Shown piece by piece: positions 12,015-26,600 of a DNA stretch of 64,000 bases. The translations under genes were made by a program, and so were the position numbers. The stretch comes from Takakia lepidozioides (Eukaryota; Plantae; Bryophyta), in contig CM060732.1 in assembly GCA_030704615.1 (NCBI GenBank), positions 29,202,001 to 29,266,000 on the forward strand. The letters are read 5' to 3'. The notes under the pieces were generated by a model. That model ran no database searches. It was not told the origin of the DNA and worked only from the letters and a program-made list of their open reading frames with translations. The number at the start of each line of letters is the position of its first letter. The stretch's first letter is position 1.

Positions 12015-13881
12015 TCATGACTGGTCATCTTTAACAACCGACTGCTCATAATCACTCCGCCAATAATTGACATCGTTGAAATCTGGGTCACCAGTTGCGT
12101 TGTCATGTGAAGTGGGTTCAACCTCATTCTGAAGCTCCATATCATGGGCTAGCATGGGGCCTGCCTCCCCAACAACCCCCTCCTTCAGCATCTTTTCCAT
12201 TGCTTTAGCCGTCCCACCGGGCTCCACTCCTATGATTTCTCGGGCCCCAAACAATGGGTTGCTTATGTGCCTGTCGTTTGCAATTGAATCATGACAAATG
12301 TTTGCCTTAGAACTAGCAGCTGGTGATGGAGTCAACTCAGTACAGAGTGCCTCAGCATTGGCTGAAACCCTCGAGACCCCTTCTGTTGATGGAGTTGGGG
12401 TGTTCCAAGCTGGCTCCATCGACTCACTAAAGTGCACCTCAAATGGGTTTTTATCACCAAACAAACCTGAGTCTGATGTGCCCTCCAAGGCCCAGGGTGT
12501 CCCTCTCAACACAATCACCTCCTCAGGCAGAGACTTTGATGCAGATGAATGTGATTTTTGTTCTCCAGACTGGCAGGACAAAGACAGGTTGTCTGATAAC
12601 TTAGCTTTGTTGACCTCTGAAGCTGGCTCCTCTTCAACAGTACACGTGAGGGGCTGCTCTCCTTTCTCAACTGGCACTACCATACTGTGCTCCACTCCGT
12701 TTTCAAACTGATGTTCAGAAGCAAGCTTCAAAGGTGATAAATGACTTGAAGAGGTGGCCGTGTCAACCAGGTCGTCATCCTCCCCAACCACTACATCATC
12801 ACTCATGCTACTATTCGGTGAAGACACTGCCTCAGTGGCCTGTCCATCCTCTTTGTAGTTTAGGGGAGAAGACATAAGGAACATTGGTGAGTTTTGTGGT
12901 TTTGTCCTGTCACTATCATCTTGAAATGCAAACCAGTTGGAGTTTGCAGCATACATACTGTCTTTCAATCGTTCGCTGCTGCAAAGCCCATGTCCAACAT
13001 GGTCAGTATAGTAGCTATAGAGGGGGAAGTACAGTCAACTTCTAAATCTCACAGCCTGAAGCAATTCTATCACCTACAATTGAACCAAGACTCCAAAACC
13101 TATGAAGAAAAATGTTTGCTCAAGTCAATCCAGAGTTACAAAAGGACAGTCAAACTTAAATCGGAAATGTACGTGGATAAGGCAACATTGCAGCTTACCT
13201 GTCCTGTTCGTCACCAAGTTGCAAGGACGAAATTACCACTTCAGCTGACTCATCATCAAAGAAGACATCCTGCAACCAGGACTGATGCTTTGTATTGTCA
13301 AAAGGATTGGACAGGAATGAACGGTAAAATGCTAAATTGTTTTCTTACACAGTTCTGCCACAAATAGTGCTATGAGGATATTCTGTTGATATGATTCGGA
13401 AAGTCCCTACGGTTTTATCAATGGTTTTTCATAGGAGATATGAACTGAATAGGTGGGAGATGCTCTTTATTACCGCGGCTAGGGACAGTGTCTTCTCTGT
13501 CTTCGTAAGGCCACAAAAGGGTGCATTGCTCTGAAGTCAGGGCAATGAACCTAAGGGCCCTCCCACTCTGGGCACTCCACTGAAGTTCAAACTGAGTCTG
13601 AACAGCAAACAAACCCATTGGGAGAAAAAGAACCCATGTGCCCAATCTGTGGACATGATGGGAAGAGCAGCGTACATTTTCAGATGCAGTGCAGTGGGTA
13701 TCCTGCTGACAGCAAAGCCCTCTTCGCATTTATCACAAAGACCGCTCCTGAATGTCTCTTCCATAGATTTGGAATTCTGAGGTGATTTCTCCCATAAAAT
13801 CGATGCAATGGGATAAAGGCCTTTCTGGGGACAATCTGGAAGGCCAGAACCAAATTTACCTATGCGGGTAAGTCCCACTAC

Positions 13882-13920
<39 letters not shown>

Positions 13921-16900
13921 ACAAGGCTATGTGGGTCAATGGCCACATGGCTACGGCAAACAACGTCTTATGAGTACAATCTCTCTCTCTCTCTCACACA
14001 CATACACAGGCACACTCCTGGATTTTGGACTCTCAAATACTGAAAATACTTCCACAGCCAGATCTTTGCAAGTTACTGGAAAACAAAGACCTAGAGTAAG
14101 AAGTAAGGGAAGTCGAGGGGGAAGGGTATATATATTACAAAGAGAGTCCCTCACCTCCTCATCTCTCTCAACAGCACTTTGTCCCTGTAAAACAACACAT
14201 ACACCACTTCCTGAATTAAGTCGACACTCAAAATGATGTTCAAATGAATGACAGAATGTAAACCTGCAGTTTTGAAGGGGAAAAGGGGCACACCTCAGCA
14301 TCCTCATTGTCAAACATGCCGTAGCGGTAACGTGTCAAGTTACTAGCCATGGTGGAAATGTCGTAGTCCCTATCGCGGAAGTTGTCTTCATCACTATCAA
14401 CAGGACGATCCTGTACGGCAGTGGGTCGCCTGCATTCATCACCCCTTGTCACAACTCAGATACCCATTTCACACCCTGAGACAAATCTGTCATGCGAACG
14501 TCTCTCTTTTTGAACAATTCAACACATTTGAACTACAAATAATCAACGTAGACATTGGTCAACTTTCATTTACTTTACCTTGGGAATAGTTCGTCACATA
14601 GGCACAACCATCCTTCCTCTCTCTTTCTGCAGATTTTTTCAGTCATTCTTTCTGTCTCTCTCCGCAGTTCTTTTTCTATCTTTACGTGCCTTACAATGAA
14701 AAGGGCTGCTTCAACCTTGACACCCTTTCTACAAGAAGGGTGAAGCTACTTTGAACACAACTTCCTCATACATGCTTTTGGTGCTCTGATTTTTCCCTTT
14801 CCCCAGGCGGCAGGTGGGATTTCAAGATAAGCACTGCCACTGCTGGTTCTCTGATCCAGTTACAATTGAAGCAACTGTTCCAACGATTTGCATGCATGTT
14901 CACACCTATGTTTATTGGAGGTCATTTACCCGCATGTCCATTGAAATACATTCTCCAGCATGTTACGCTTCTGGAGAACTGTTGATTGCCATTCACTCCA
15001 GCTTGGATTAACCTGGCAACGGGAATGAAAGTTTGGAAGGACCAGAACTCAGAACAAGCCTAAATGTTCATGGAAATGCCAGGTCCATTAGACCAACAAT
15101 AATCAACTTCACAGTAATGCCTATGGTTTCCCCCACAACAGCAGCCAACTCCAAGGCTCAAGCAACTGTTAGCACGTGCATACCATACTGAATCAGTTTC
15201 TGCAAATGTCATCCGTCCACAAGCTCTTAAAACTTGCTACAGTCGATTAATTGAGGTGTTAACTCTGAAAATGGATGGTGAAAAGCAAGTTCTGCCCAAA
15301 GAGGACATGGACAGCATGGCAGGAGAAGCTACACACCTGAAGATGGTTTTGAATGACACAGTTGGTCGCTGCAGCCTGAACAACTTTGTTGGCAAGGTGA
15401 GTCACATGCCCCATGTTGCCTATCCTCAGTGGTGCTCTGCTGGTTGGTGGCCGCGGCTACAACATACACACCCATACCCCTACAACTTTCAACAAACTAT
15501 CTCGGTCATCAGTCCGGATTGTGGAACGTCACTAACGTCAGCAACCTTATGGTTCTTACATCTACTTGGCAAGTCATATATAGAGCTGCAGTGTTTTCAG
15601 AGTGGAATAAAGTACCTCAGTTCGTGTATCTGGGGCATAAGGGTTGTCATCGGCAGCCAACAGTCTGGCTATGAACTCACAATCCTCGAAGAGATGGTCA
15701 AGTAGTGCCTGGTTATTGCTCTCCAGGCATGATGTCACAATACTCTCCACATGATGGTGCAACATGTTGTTGAATGGGTAGCTGCACCGACCCCCACATG
15801 GCCATCCATCCTTAGAAACGTGAATGTCTCGACTTAATAATGAACATATCTCCTGCTTCTTTCTCACCCCGATATAAGTCAAGGTTGTCTTAAAAAGTCT
15901 AACACTCACTAGGTGCACATAGCTCCATGTGGCTGCTCCTTGTTGAGATGCTGTTAGCTGCTGAGCTTGGACTACCCACAATGTGCACACACATTCTGAG
16001 TAGTTTGCAGGAATATGGATGCGAAGTACTTCGGGCTTCAAAGTTCTCATTTGAGTATCTTGCACAGAAAAGTCTGGATATATCTATAGGTCCTTGAATG
16101 TGGTTTGAGGATATCCATATGAACAACAGCGTCCAATGAAGGGTAAATAAGTGTCCAATTCCAATCCTGACAGTTGTAAGCACATCAAGTTGAGGAGCAT
16201 GTGTAAGAAGATAGAACCTACTTGAAGAAAAGCTGCAGCACAAGTTGGATGGCCCCAGAGCGGACCAGTTCTTGTCTGGCACCCTCACTGTTGGCTTGTA
16301 GTAAAACTGCAATGAACTCCACAACCTGTTCGGGAAACCTCAGAAGAAGTCAAAACGTGGCATGAAGAATAAGAAAAAAACCACACCAGAAACTAAGCTG
16401 GTCCTTTTTATGAGTGCCAACTGAGAGGATACCCAGACCACAGATTCTTGCTATGGCCTGTTGCCCATATAAGAGCCAGTTGCATTCCAGTCAAAAGGCT
16501 GTTTCTTTTGGATATTAAGGACAGGATCCTTAAGTGATAAGCTAAAAAGCAAAGCATGGTATAGACCACAAATAAGCAGATAAAACAATGCTAAAACTCA
16601 AAAAAGGATGAAAGAGAGAAAGAGAGGACTGCTTATAATTACTACTACCAAGAGATTGACTGCAAAGGCAACGCATATGATGCCAAGCTCTGTCCAAAAA
16701 GAACAGCATACAGCCACAACAATTGGAAAGAAGAAGAGACAGACCTTGAGTCGGTGGATGCCAAGAGGTGGTCGTAGCTCTCCATAGGTAGTGGGCAACA
16801 CTTTGTCATCCGTTGCCACATCCAATAATCTTAACAAGTCACCTGCCAGCCATGGCCAATAATCGTAAGTCCACAAGGTTGAATGAAAGTTTTGCATCAC

Positions 16901-19900
16901 CATTCTGTGCACCTTCCTAGTCTTTGACTGTACAATGTATAACAGTTCCTAGACATTTTAGATGATCGCCAGCGTAAACATAATAAAACCAAAATGATAG
17001 TGCGATGTTGTGCCAAACACAACCCACCATCATGAGGTGCAGACAGAGGAATCATGGGCTCTGAAACATTTTAACATGCATTTGTAGCAGTTGCTGAAGA
17101 AAGAAGGAAACTTATCACAAAGACATTTCTATATCTTATTCGAAACCCAACATCATACAATCTATTTAATAAAATGTGTGTGTGTCTGTGAGAGAGAATA
17201 AGAAATTGATTACATCAGTGGGAGACCAAAAGGGCCCCAATGAAAACAAGTAGAATAACAAAAACCAATGAAAAAAACCGTAGAACCACAGAAACAAAAT
17301 AACTAGTCAGGGCTAAGACATTGCACAAAGGCGAAACGCCTTATACAGGTAAGCCAATTCAGGTCCTCGTAGCCATGAGATGCTATGAGAGATTGGGAAC
17401 CTCTGGAGAAAGAGAAGGGGAGAGAGAACGAGGAGCGTCCAGTCCTCCAAAACTAGGTGCCTCTGCCAGGAATCGAAAATCTCTGAAGAAACTAAAATAT
17501 TTCCCCCTTGCATTTCAGAGTAGACTGGCCAGGAGGCAAAGGCGTTCTGTTTTTAAATGATCCAAGCAGGCATTGATTAACCTGGCTTTGCTGACGTCTT
17601 ACCTAGTCTCTGCAACATGCCTTCAACAGTTTCTGGATTAGGTGTGGGTACAGGCTCTGCCACATGCTGGCCCCGAGCAGCCCTTGCAGCTGCCACAGTT
17701 GCAGCTCTCTTTGGGTCCAACAGAGAAATACAAACAGAGAGAGAATGCACTAACGTGGACTTTGACTCTGGATCCTCCAATACATGGTGAAAGAGCCTCC
17801 CAACAAACCTGGCAAGCCATTCCAGTATTAGCAGCTTGAACAGGACCAGCTCTCTCTTTTGTCTGTTTATTTTCTCCAGTTCAGCTCCAATCTCAAGTGA
17901 GAGAATGAGAGGAAGGTCATAGACAGGCTGCTTGACATAAGCAAACTAGCTCGGAATCCAAGGAAAGTACTACTCTTGGACACACCTTCAACAGAATGAC
18001 AAACACACCTCTACCAATCAACAACAGCCTAGTTTTTGTGTAGCGACAGAGTTGATGCAAGCGACAGTACACAGTAAGACAGTGAAAGACATAGTTAGCT
18101 TTCTGCCTGGCCGAGCAATCCCATAGGCAAAAGACAGTACCTTGGGCTGGAGAGTTTTGAAGCAAGAGCAGAAGGGGCGATACGTGTGACAGCTGAGAGA
18201 GTCTCAGCGGCATTTGCATGGACTTCTGATGAATGCTGCGTCAAAGTCAAGAGAAACTGTGTTACCTCCTCAAACCAACAGCAATGCCTTGTGAGCAGAG
18301 AAGATGGTCTGCAATTTAGGTGCAGGCACACATCCTGGACTGGCAGCATGGAGTGTCAAAAACAGCTCAGAGACCTATCCTGCACATAAGTTGTATGACT
18401 GTGGAATTCAACTACACTTGAAGATGGGGAGAGAAGAGACTACCGGAGGACTAAGCTTGTCCACAAGCAAGTCAAGAAGATTGGTGCCAGCCAACCATTG
18501 CAGAGCATCCACATGAAAGGCATAAATATGTTCATCCGCTCCAACCAGTCGTATAAGTACCTGCAATGAGTAATAACTCAAATTACAGAAACACATCTCT
18601 CAGATACACCCAGCAATTCAACCAATATAGATTAAAATCTTGACAAGATGCTTCCATAGAAAATTTCTTCATAATAGTTGACTCATCAATCGTTCTACAG
18701 TTCCACACTGGAAGTAATGCTGCTTTGCATGTCGAGCCACACATTTTTAAGGAAGACGAACACACCTCCATGATTGAGGTAATTCCAATCAAATCCACCA
18801 ACTTTCTTAGTATCTCCTGATGTGCCTGAGAGGGTCATCCAAAAGCAGAAGCTATAAACCAAAGTAAAACTTATGGATAAGAAAGAGGGACAGAATCCAC
18901 AAAAGTAGCACTAAGAGAAAAGCGGTAGCAAAGAGATGAGCAAACATACAAGGAACCTGTTCACATTCGTATTTACACGTGCAATGCATGTATATTCTTG
19001 TGAATCCAACTAGCCCATAATTTGCTGAGAGATCCAAAAAAAGCAACGTGACACAACTCATTCTGTGCAAACTCAGGACAAATGCTGAATGCTAGCATGT
19101 GACCAGCACTCAGGGACCACTAAAACTAGAGCTCCCACTACAGAGCTGATGGACCAGTAACAGGTACCAATGCAAAACCACAGCCTGGCCTTTTGACGAT
19201 GCCACTCGAGGGGCAATGAGGCAGAAAACAACATTGCGCAGCACTGGCTACATTTAAACACATCCTTTATGGCAAGGCCATATATGATACAATCATATAG
19301 GACACGCTTGCAGGTGCACATCCTATATAGATCATGCAGGTAAAGCCGGATGGGAAAGTGTAGACGCACTTGCAAATATCGCATCACTGGAATAGTCTTT
19401 CTAAGCAGCAAGCAGATAACAACCTGCATCATGCATACACCACAGACACTGCCCTCATCATCCAGGTTTCACAACAGAATACCTACGGGCAGAAAGCAGT
19501 ACACCACCAATTGCCCAATTGACCATTCCCTTCATGGCAAAATGCTTGGAGACAATCATGTGCTTTACAGAATGCATCAGGCGCTTAGCCGGATGTTGCT
19601 CGCACCGTCTGCGTTGCAGATGGTGGACACGTCTGGGAGTGTACAGTGGCTGATTCACTATAATTATAGGTAGCAATAACTCATAACTGGCGCTATCTAG
19701 CATGACCAACTGTCTAGAATAGGAAAGTGAGTTTAAGACATCACTTTTGCTGGAAAACAAGGGGACAGTTACGGTCCCACAAGAAACAGACAGCAGTGCA
19801 CAAACGACCATACTCCTTACCGCTCACCATTACGATTCCAAACTTCCAAGCACCAAGAGGAAAGCACATACCTTACTAAAATAACCCGCCAACAAAGTTC

Positions 19901-22382
19901 CATGTGGTCGACCAGGTTCCAAAAAGGAAAATAAAAAGCACATGAGCTGCATCCACAACAGACAACCCCTCTCATGAGTACAATTCTCTCTCTCCCCCCT
20001 CTCGCAAAGGTAGTTCCTATTCCCTATATTTCTGTCCAAACTGGGCGCAGTGTCCATGGCCACAATGCTACGGCAAACAAAGTCTTATGAGTACATCTCT
20101 CTCTCCATTAGCAGTCTAACAGTACGTTCCTTACACACTTCTCTCCATTTCATCAACTGTTAGTACAATTGGAAAGCATTGAAGAACTCACAATTGCCTA
20201 ATATGACCTGCTTTTACTATCTGTTAGCAGATATTTGCAAGCCGTGTATAATATGCAAACTTGAGAACTCTAGGATCTACCAAGCACCTCATCGTCCTCA
20301 ACTAGTGTCTTGAACATGACATCTATCTCACACGTGAAAATCTCGCAAGCAATGAATGGAAATCTGCATGCCCACCATGACGCCATCAGCACCTCTCTTG
20401 ACAAGAAAATGGATGCAAGAGATATGTCCTCAACATATTGCACAAACCATGCCAAGACTTCAATCACTTCATTTCCACTGTTTTGAAATTTCATAGAGAT
20501 CCTATTCTCGGAAATTGGAAAGGACTGCAGCAACTTACTTGAAGGCACGTTTGTTCTCAGCAATATCAGGAGGCTCCTCTATCACATAGCGCAGCAGTGC
20601 AAGCACTTGTCTCTTTCCTCGCAGGCTGTATCAGCATTAAAAGTATCAGGGTCCATGGTCCAAATTAAACAAGCCAACAAATGATGAACATTTCAAGTGC
20701 TCAAGACGGCAACTTACAAATTAATGAGGCGGCTGTTGAGAGCTTTGCATTCCTGGAGGATTTCATCTTCATCCAGGAGCTCCTCCAGGGTATATACATC
20801 TTTGTCGAGCACTGACTCAACCTGTACGCCAGCAAAGAAATTATCTTAGCATGATGCACACTGTACCGTGTCAGATGCAAACTTTCCTAGTTCACCGAAA
20901 CAACAATATCCACAAGGTGGCTACAAAGATCTGAACACAAAAGATCTGAACCATGATACAATCATATGGACATTCACAGAAAATTCTTGCCAGCAGGCCA
21001 TCCATATAGGCGCAATCGCTACAATGGCTTGCACTTGTCCCATCAATCATTTAGCAATTTCATCCATAAATAGATGACGAAGTTAGCAATTCACCCTAAG
21101 AGACCATCGATGATAGACTTGGTCAACTACATAATAGTACAGCAAACAAGCATGACACAGATATTTACAGGAAGTGGGGAAACACATGCTAGGATGTGAA
21201 TATCAAAATGGAAACATCTAAATCTAATTAGCAGGTAAGATGCTAAGTGGAACGTGCTATACATGCCATACAAGGAACCATAGCTTTCTGTAACAGTTTG
21301 CTTCTGGCTGAAATCCACATGATCTTGTGACCCATGCAACTATGAAATCATCCAGATCAGACATGCAGACGTAAGAAAGACCTCCATTATCTACCGCTCC
21401 TCAAATGAACTGACAGGGTTGTTTGTCTGCACCTAGACAACTGTGGCCACGTACCTCAAGATATAAATTGCACTCAGAACACACGTGAGATTCCAGGCTA
21501 AATTTCTACCTACCAACATGAACAAATTCCATTGCTGTTGCCCATGGAACAAGAACACAGAAATCCCTCCCAACTACACATCAATTGGACACCTCCCGGT
21601 CATAAAGGGGAAGATGGAAGAAGGTCAGGGGGCCAAGGTCATCAAACCAATAAAAGACAGCTTGAATGTCCAAATCAGGCAGTATTCATACAAGCTTGCA
21701 AGGTAGTTTTAGCTTTTCAGATGAAGAGAGAGGCACAATTCATCAATAGGTGACAAAGAAAGGAAGAGGGAGAGAGGGAGAGCTCTCCACACAGACCAGA
21801 ACCACATATACTTTCCATAAATGTAAGAAAACTTAAAAATTGCAACACCTAGCCCGATGCCATCCACCAATATCTATGCCAGAATTAATTGGTACTGACG
21901 GCACCCTCTTGTAAGGCAGTGATTCAACTCTTAGAATCCCACATGTTTCATTCTTAAGCTCAGCCTTGAAAGTTGCAGCCAAATCACAACTATGCGAGGA
22001 AGACCACCCTACCCAGTCATTATGTCAAATTGACCAAGAAGGTCATACATGCCTCCCAATCCACACTTGTGCTGATCGAGCTGTCGGAGGCAGTAATTTG
22101 GAAACCTCCAGGCCAAGCAATGATGTCTGATGAAATATGATCCCTCTACCATTATTTTCCACAGTTAATTGGAGAAATAATGTATGTGCTTACGGGAGCC
22201 CCACTACTGAAGGGTAGGTCAGCCCATGGAGTGCCAATCTCTCCTCCCTGCTGCACAACCTGGGATGAGGGTCAATATTCACAAGGTTTCGGGAAGAAAT
22301 TCATTTCATATGCAGTGAGAACATAGATTGTGACCATACTCACCGGAGAAGTTGTGGATAAGCCAGCTACCCGCCAAAGCAT
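12015..22382 (-). CDS. SAPS-domain protein / protein phosphatase 6 regulatory subunit 3-like (multi-exon)
   Basis: Exon 1 MLWRVAGLSTTSP (22382-22344, gtgag donor). Further exons: VESVLDKDVYTLEELLDEDEILQECKALNSRLIN, FPFIACEIFTCEID, LLAGYFSKV, LIGITSIME, EVHANAAETL, TTYGELRPPLGIHRLK, YPFNNMLHHHVE, DDSDDEDNFRDRDYD-like; last exon ends DFNDVNYWRSDY. Confidence 0.9.
13884..13915. repeat. (CT)n microsatellite in an intron
   Basis: About 16 CT units. Confidence 0.9.
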
Positions 22383-23640
22383 TTTCTTAAGAAATCCTTC
22401 AATGTTGTTGGATCTTCTTTCCCTTTCAAGTGCTTGATTCCGAACTCTTGACAACTGGAATTTTTTTCAAGTACTTCGGCTTGCCCTGATCAGATTTCGC
22501 TTACTTTGGAGCAAACCATTCCACTGGCTCCCAACCTCCAACACCACCTGAACTCGTTATTAAGTCAAAGAAACCCCCTTTCCACCTTGAGCAGCTTCAG
22601 TCTCTCTAAAATTTCCTGAAAGCCAGCCTCTTTCCCTTCCGCTGGAAGAGTGTCCTCTCGCTCTTTCCCTGACGCCGGCTAGGTCCACACCTTCATCCCT
22701 TTTTGCAGCCCGGCGTATATCTCTGAGCTAAGCCAGCGAACATAACAGCCCTCCCACTACCTATGTCACGCATGACATTCCGAAAAGCAAGCCATCTCTG
22801 AGCTTCCCGCAGCGTGAGATGAAACCTCCGTCCACTATAACTCTGTCAAACCCCAAAAACAAGCATCACCAACTCCGGCACTGCTTATAACTGCACTCTC
22901 CCATCTCGAGCTCCGAACCCTAGCACCTCCAACAACTGAGCAGCAACGCCCTGACCAAGATATTACAACTGAAAAATCGGACAAGCTCCGAGACGCAGCA
23001 ATTTCCCAACCATGCAGTTAAATCCGGCGGCAGTTACGGAGATTCTCTGCTTCACAGCCCTCGCAACAGGGGTGTCCCAGAGAGACAAGAGAGTGAAGAG
23101 CAGCGCTAGAGAGTGGAATCCAGCATGTCCCCGTAAAATGTTTACCTTTCTCTTTGCAAGCGCATAACAACAAGCAGCAGCCCCTCAATGCACCTTTGTC
23201 ACTTATTTGCTTATAGCCTTAGGCCCATGGCACAAGCGTGGTGATTGGCGAGTACTCGGTCAACGCCCAGGCAAGCAGCACAAGTGCTGGGCACAATCCA
23301 CGCCTATGAGAGTAACATGTTTAACTCTCCATTTCACAAGTTAGACAACACTCGTCTGCCTGGTGAGAACGTTGCGCTGCCCGTCCTTCAAGTGTTTCGG
23401 GACCTGGACAGGTGGCACTTGGGGATGTGGACTGGAACGTGAAGCCCCAAACCCTCACCCCTCACCCTTGTTTCTTGTTTCGCTCTCCTGTCTTCTCCAC
23501 CTCCCGCGAGCACTAGATAGAGAGAGAGAGCTGTCTTCCTTAGCAAGGCAAAGACACCACCAGAAGATTTTTGAGTCGAGGTGAATAGACATTGAGAGCG
23601 ATTATAGAGAGGCGGGAAAGGGACTGAGGCGGAAGCAGAT

Positions 23641-26600
23641 ATGGCACACTTAGGGGGAGGTGCAGAGGCTCATGCAAGATTCAAGCAGTATGAGTATCGG
23701 GCGAATTCCAGTCTCGTACTCACAACAGACACAAGGCCACGTGACACGCATGAGCCTACAGGGGAGCCTGAAAGTCTGTGGGGAAAAATGGATCCGAAAA
23801 CCTTCGGTGATCGAGTGTACCGCGGTCGAGCAGAAGAGCTTGAGGAGAAGCTTACAAAATCGAGGCTAAAGAGAGATGCGAAAGACAAAGACAAGGCTCC
23901 TGGTGATGTTCCCAGGAAGGCCAGTAAGCGACTGCGCGGTGCTCAGGATGACAGTGTGCTCTCTATTGTTGATGATGGAATGTATAGGCCAAAGACAAAG
24001 GAGACGCGGGCAGCTTATGAGGCCTTGCTGAGCACGATTCAGCAGCAGTTTGGGGACCAGCCCCAGGACATTTTGCGGGGAGCTGCTGATGAAGTTCTTG
24101 GCGTTCTGAAGAATGATCGATTTAAGGACCCTGACAAGAAGAAGGAGATTGAAAAACTGTTGAACACGATGTCAGGTGAGCGGTTTGGACAGCTGGTTGC
24201 CATTGGGAAACTAATTAGTGATTATTCTGAGGCAGCGGATGCTGGGGTAGGAGGGGCTGGAGAAGCCCTCGACGACGACATCGGCGTCGCTGTCGAATTT
24301 GAAGAGGAAGAGGAGGAAGATGAGAGTGATTTGGACGAGGTTCAGGAAGAGAGTGACGGAGAAGAGGATGGGCAAGATACGAGACAATCGGCAGCTATGC
24401 AGATGGGTGGGGTCGACGATGAAGAAATGGAGGAGGCAGACGAAGGCCTCAATGTGCAGGACATTGATGCCTATTGGCTGCAGCGAAAGATATCACAAGC
24501 ACACGGGGACATTGATCCTCAGCAAAGCCAAAAACTCGCAGAAGAAGTTTTGCAAACCCTATCGGAAGCAGATGATCGCGATGTGGAGAATAAGCTGGTC
24601 ATACATCTGGACTACGATAAATTTGATCTAATTAAACTGTTGCTTAGAAACCGGTTGAAGGTTGTTTGGTGCACACGGTTGGCAAGAGCGGAGGACGATG
24701 AAGCCAAGAGGAAGATAGAGGAGAAAATGAGCGAGGGGGGAGTGGTCTTGTCGGCTATCTTGGAACAACTGCATGCCACGAGGGCCACCGCAAAAGAACG
24801 CCAGAAGAATTTGGAGCGAAGTATTAGAGAGGAAGCAAGGAAACTAAGAGATGAAGGAGGGGATACGGAAGATAAAGGGAGGAGGCCGGAAAGGGATGGT
24901 GGTGGTGGTGGTGGTGGTGGTGGTGATGGTGGCTGGCTAAAGGGGCAGCTCCAAATGCTTGATTTGGAGCAGCTTTCCTTTCACCAGGGAGGCCTCTTAA
25001 TGGCAAATAAAAGGTGCTGCTCTCTTTCCGTCTTCTCTTTCAAGAAGGCATCTTGTTTATTTGGAAAGGAATAAAGGAAGTGTCTGTTCAGCTGGATGTA
25101 TTGTAATTTCTATAGTGTCCCCTGGACATCAGGGCTATTGGTTTCTTAGACATGGTCACTTTCATGCAAAGGGCCAATTTCTTTCAGACCCGAAGATCCC
25201 CATTCTTGGTTCCGGCCATGGTTGCTGTCCCTCACAGGGTAACCTCCAACAGATGCTCATGTGGATATCTGAGACCACTTACATGTGATGACTTCGGTGT
25301 TATCAGGAAAACGTACTCTTAAGTGTAGATTTCGTGTTTAGATGTTGCTGCAGGATGAGACTTGTCTGGCTGGACAGCTGCTTGGACTTCTTTTCTATGT
25401 GCACTAAGGCTATGCACCTCACAAAACTTTTCTGTTCAAATGTGGTGTGTTTTCAGGTGTGAGCTGCCTCCAGGCTCTTTTCGGGCAACAAAAAAAGGTT
25501 ATGAGGAAGTCCATGTGCCTGTATTGAAGCCCAAGCCTTTTGCTGAGGGAGAGGAGCTGGTTAAGATTAGTGATATGCCGGAGTGGGCTCAGCCGGCATT
25601 CAAAGGGATGAAATCCTTGAATAGAGTGCAGAGCAAAGTGTATGAAGCAGCTTTGTTCACCCCGGAGAACCTTCTTCTGTGTGCTCCAACAGGTGCTGGT
25701 AAAACAAATGTGGCCATGCTTGCTATATTGCATGAGCTTGGTTTGAGAAGACAGGAGGATGGCACATTTGATCTAAGTGGGTTCAAAATTGTGTATGTGG
25801 CGCCAATGAAGGCTCTGGTGGCAGAGATGGTGGGAAATTTTTCACAACGCTTGGAAAGCTATGGAGTATTTGTTAAGGAGTTGACAGGTGATCAGACACT
25901 GTCAAGAGCACAGATTGAAGAGACACAGATCATTGTCACCACGCCTGAGAAGTGGGACATCATCACCAGGAAATCTGGTGATCGAACGTACACTCAAATG
26001 GTGAAGCTTTTGATCATCGATGAGATTCATCTGTTACACGATAATCGCGGACCAGTTCTAGAGAGCATTGTGGCGCGTACAGTAAGGCAGATTGAGACTA
26101 CTCAGGAGATGATTCGTCTTGTTGGATTGTCAGCCACTTTGCCGAACTATGAGGATGTCGCTCTATTTCTTAGGGTAGATAAGAAAAAAGGCTTGTTCCA
26201 TTTTGACAATAGCTATCGTCCCTGCCCCTTGGCACAGCAATATATTGGTGTGACTGTGCGCAAACCCTTGCAGCGGTTTCAGCTGATGAATGATGTTTGT
26301 TATGAGAAGGTTATGGAGGTTGCTGGGAATCACCAGGTCCTCATCTTTGTGCACTCCAGAAAGGAGACTGCAAAGACAGCACGTGCTATCAAAGACACGG
26401 CCCTTGGGAATGACACACTGGGCCGCTTCTTGAAGGAAGACAGTGCTAGCCGCGAGATTCTGCAAAAGGAAAACGAGGTGGTTAAAAGCAATGATTTGAA
26501 AGATTTACTACCGTATGGGTTTGCCATTCATCATGCTGGCATGGCAAGGGCTGATCGATCTCTGGTGGAGGACCTGTTTGCAGACAAGCACATTCAAGTA

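Noticed and set aside
24824-25006. Poly-His ORF
   Set aside because: Antisense reading of the (GGT)n poly-Gly tract in BRR2.
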